DNA from: a virus
Taxonomy: Duplodnaviria > Heunggongvirae > Uroviricota > Caudoviricetes
Length of the DNA: 8,465 nucleotides
Virus record (IMG/VR): IMGVR_UViG_2671180454_000010
Direction: 5' to 3' (one strand)
In this document: one piece after another, positions 6,607 to 8,465 of the stretch
Layout of the letters: the number at the start of each line of letters is the position of its first letter
Numbering within the stretch: position 1 is the first letter of the stretch
Notes under the pieces: model-generated
What the model was told of the DNA's origin: nothing
Databases searched by the model: none
Seen by the model: only the letters and a program-made list of their open reading frames with translations
Position numbers and translations under genes: made by a program

Positions 6607-6893
6607 CGTTTTGTGATAATATTGGTGGCCTTTAAGTTGCTGGGGTCACCGTCTTTTAATCGTAGCTGGTGGATTGAATTCCAGATATCAAAATGATACA
6701 GCACTGCAAACCTCAAAGCGTCAATCTTTAAATCTGTCACACCATCGTAAAAGAAATAACCCCTCCCTTCTTTCTTTGGTCTAATCCGGTAAACTTCCCC
6801 GTGAGTATCCTTCATAAGATGACCTTCACGAGAAATGCTGTAACGCTTTAACAGGTAATCTTTGTATCTCTTTTCACCGTGATATTCTTTCAT
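6603..6893 (-). CDS. small protein with degenerate HNH/AP2-like fold (candidate DNA-binding module), 96 aa
   Basis: ATG at 6891-6893 with GGAGGAA upstream; start overlaps the upstream stop (TAATG). Pattern …EGRGYFFYDG…ALRFAVLYHF…RLKDGDPSNLKATN resembles HNH_3/AP2-type domains, but the expected catalytic His-x-Asp-Gly-Asn region reads LKDGD. Confidence 0.4.
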   Translation of the reverse strand: MKEYHGEKRYKDYLLKRYSISREGHLMKDTHGEVYRIRPKKEGRGYFFYDGVTDLKIDALRFAVLYHFDIWNSIHQLRLKDGDPSNLKATNIITKR

Positions 6894-7267
6894 TACTTAA
6901 TTCCTCCACCGGCAAAATACATCTTCGGTTTAATTTTTTGCTTCTTGTCATCCTGAGTTTGTTTCTTTTTCGGTGAAAGATAATAATCATCTTCACTGTC
7001 ATCGAATGGGTCTAAACCCGATACTTTGTTCTTTTGTCTTGCAAGCTCGAATCTCTTTTTCTTCTCTGCCCTCTTAATGGCTTTTTCACGTTCATCCTCT
7101 TCATCATCGAAGGGGTCCAACTCATCATCAGTGGCGGGGCACTGTGTGTTTTTATGGTCACTATCAACACTCACATCAGTGATTTCTCTGTCTTGTTTAG
7201 AAGTCTTTTTAGAGCTTACTTCAAGGTCAGATTCATTCATAGAGAGAAAATCATTTAATTCATCCAA
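6893..7267 (-). CDS. acidic protein with duplicated LDPFDD(E/S)EDD motif, start uncertain
   Basis: Frame is open from about 7375 to 6893 with no ATG before 7238-7240; the ORF track starts at TTG 7265-7267; neither has a clear Shine-Dalgarno. Two near-identical acidic motifs (DELDPFDDEEDE, SGLDPFDDSEDD) and a Lys-rich stretch. Confidence 0.45.
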   Translation of the reverse strand: MDELNDFLSMNESDLEVSSKKTSKQDREITDVSVDSDHKNTQCPATDDELDPFDDEEDEREKAIKRAEKKKRFELARQKNKVSGLDPFDDSEDDYYLSPKKKQTQDDKKQKIKPKMYFAGGGIK

Positions 7268-7334
7268 AGAAAGAAAGTCATCTTCTTTAATATCATCATT
7301 AAGTCCAGTCTCTTTATTCTTATCTGTAATATTA

Positions 7335-7366
7335 TTATCTAATGTTTTATCTAATAACTTATCTAA
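7335..7366 (-). repeat. tandem TTATCTAA repeats (3 copies, 12-bp period)
   Basis: TTATCTAA at 7335-7342, 7347-7354 and 7359-7366, plus a degenerate TTATCTG at 7320-7326; AT-rich, next to the TGACA-N3-TGTCA cluster. Confidence 0.5.
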
Positions 7367-7379
7367 ACTCTAACACGGG

Positions 7380-7437
7380 TGACATTTTGTCACTACCCCC
7401 ATGACATTTTGTCACTGGTAGTGGTGTCATTTTGTCT
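7380..7437 (-). promoter_or_regulatory. cluster of three TGACA-N3-TGTCA inverted-repeat sites (operator or iteron-like)
   Basis: TGACAtttTGTCA at 7380-7392 and 7402-7414, degenerate TGTCAtttTGTCT at 7425-7437; centre spacing 22-23 bp. Flanking inverted repeat CACTACC (7391-7397) / GGTAGTG (7417-7423). Overlaps the stop codon of the adjacent HTH gene. Confidence 0.55.
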
Positions 7438-7782
7438 TACTGAGGCTGCAACTTCCTGTGATGTAGGTCTTACAAGTAATTCCGGCTTATCATCCAGTGT
7501 GAATACACGATAAGTGCTTTGACGCCCCTGATTCTTTTGCACCTGAATTAAACCGTGTTTCTCAAGTGTCTCAATGGCTCTGATTGCTGTTCTCTTTGAT
7601 ACACCAGCCATATAAGCGAGATGGTCAATACTTGGTGAATATGATTTGTATTTCTCTTCATAGAAGTCACAGCTATGGACCATGACCATATAAATCAATC
7701 TTGCTGCTGCGTTAATTTCTTCTGAAAGTTGAGAGATTCGCACATCAAATTTATAAAACTGATTTGGGTTATATTTAGACAT
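7393..7782 (-). CDS. winged-helix/HTH DNA-binding protein, 129 aa
   Basis: ATG at 7780-7782 with GAGGTAA upstream. …LAYMAGVSKRTAIRAIETLEKHGLIQVQKNQGRQSTYRV… reads as helix-turn-helix plus wing. Family not identifiable by eye; could be a repressor or a replication-initiator N-domain. Confidence 0.6.
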   Translation of the reverse strand: MSKYNPNQFYKFDVRISQLSEEINAAARLIYMVMVHSCDFYEEKYKSYSPSIDHLAYMAGVSKRTAIRAIETLEKHGLIQVQKNQGRQSTYRVFTLDDKPELLVRPTSQEVAASVRQNDTTTSDKMSWG

Positions 7783-8145
7783 TCATAAATTACCTCATAC
7801 GTGAAAAGGCCAACCGGATAAAACCGATTAGCCTGTGTGATTAAAATATCTGGGGGATTGATGGACTGATAAAGAAGTCCATGCCTGAAACAGTACGATG
7901 ATTAAAACGCTGAGGTATACCCTGAATGAGAGGTTAATATACGCCAACCATCTGACACCTCCCCAAGTGTTACCACTTCAAGACATGAACTTTTTTATCA
8001 GCCCATATAGAAACTATAACAGATGCGATTATAAATTGCAACAATTATTTCACAGAATGATTACTGATTGGTCATTTATTGTTCACAGGGATACTTCTTA
8101 ATATCTGAATCACCTATCTTGTAAATGACCATATTTATGAGAATT

Positions 8146-8465
8146 TTAGCTCAACCTTTGAGCAATCCTGTATGACGTGCTCAGAGGCATTCTGAGAGCA
8201 TCTGCAATGCACTTAATGGGTTTTCCTTGCCTGTATAGTTTTATGAAGCTGTCGAGCGTCTCAGGTGGGTAAATGGTGGGTCTTCCTCTTAGTCCACCAC
8301 GGTTAATGATGGTTAACGGTAGCAATGTATCAGCACAGCAAACCATCTGTGTAATTTCATGCTTACGTGGTTCTTTTTTAAAAACAACGACTGCACTTGG
8401 AAACGGTGACCTAATAGTAAGCCTGTTATGCCCTGCTGGTGGAAGGTATTTAACTGCACGATGAA
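8146..8465 (-). CDS. 5'-partial ORF with resolvase-type (HTH_7-like) C-terminal DNA-binding segment
   Basis: Frame is open from the window edge to the stop at 8146-8148; the internal ATG at 8344-8346 has no Shine-Dalgarno. C-terminus …GRPTIYPPETLDSFIKLYRQGKPIKCIADALRMPLSTSYRIAQRL follows the GRP…IA…ST.YR pattern of serine-recombinase HTH domains; the upstream part does not look like a recombinase E-helix. Confidence 0.4.
   Translation of the reverse strand, partial: HRAVKYLPPAGHNRLTIRSPFPSAVVVFKKEPRKHEITQMVCCADTLLPLTIINRGGLRGRPTIYPPETLDSFIKLYRQGKPIKCIADALRMPLSTSYRIAQRLS

Noticed and set aside
7335-7366. TTATCTAA repeats as DnaA boxes
   Set aside because: Only the TTATC core matches the TTATCCACA consensus; too weak to call.
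7026-7373. Plus-strand ORFs 7026..7373 and 7034..7258
   Set aside because: Antisense to the acidic-protein gene; Ser/Leu-rich low-complexity translation of a Glu/Asp/Lys-rich coding strand.
7898-8101. Plus-strand ORF 7898..8101
   Set aside because: No ribosome-binding site and no recognisable features; lies in the AT-rich gap and is more likely non-coding.
8273-8464. Plus-strand ORF 8273..8464
   Set aside because: Antisense to the partial resolvase-HTH-like ORF.

Overview
AT-rich accessory-type DNA (phage/plasmid-like), almost entirely transcribed on the minus strand, interrupted by one GC-rich IS3-family insertion sequence (2790..4053, 1264 bp; OrfA/OrfB with an A7G -1 frameshift site; I recall this as IS600-like, from memory only). 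Minus-strand content, from high to low coordinate: a 5'-partial ORF with a resolvase-type HTH C-terminus; a winged-helix/HTH gene whose 3' end carries three TGACA-N3-TGTCA sites at 22-23 bp spacing, next to TTATCTAA tandem repeats; an acidic protein with a duplicated LDPFDD motif coupled to a degenerate HNH/AP2-like ORF; a small + strand membrane-protein gene in a back-to-back promoter region; a tandem-RHH ORF coupled to a 139-aa HTH-tailed ORF; a 107-aa ORF; two diverged paralogous acidic proteins (203 and 236 aa); a 69-aa basic ORF; and a 425-aa tape-measure-domain protein. The most unusual signal is a ~112-bp non-coding element present twice (2634..2745 and 4792..4905, about 95% identical by eye), each upstream of one paralog and each followed by a GCCCU/AGGGC hairpin with a U-tract and then a long-range inverted repeat of different sequence but the same geometry. 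The IS sits between the two modules and its terminal repeat supplies the last codons of the 203-aa paralog. No tRNA, rRNA or CRISPR array was seen. All functional calls are from reading the translations and sequence by eye; no database search was run.
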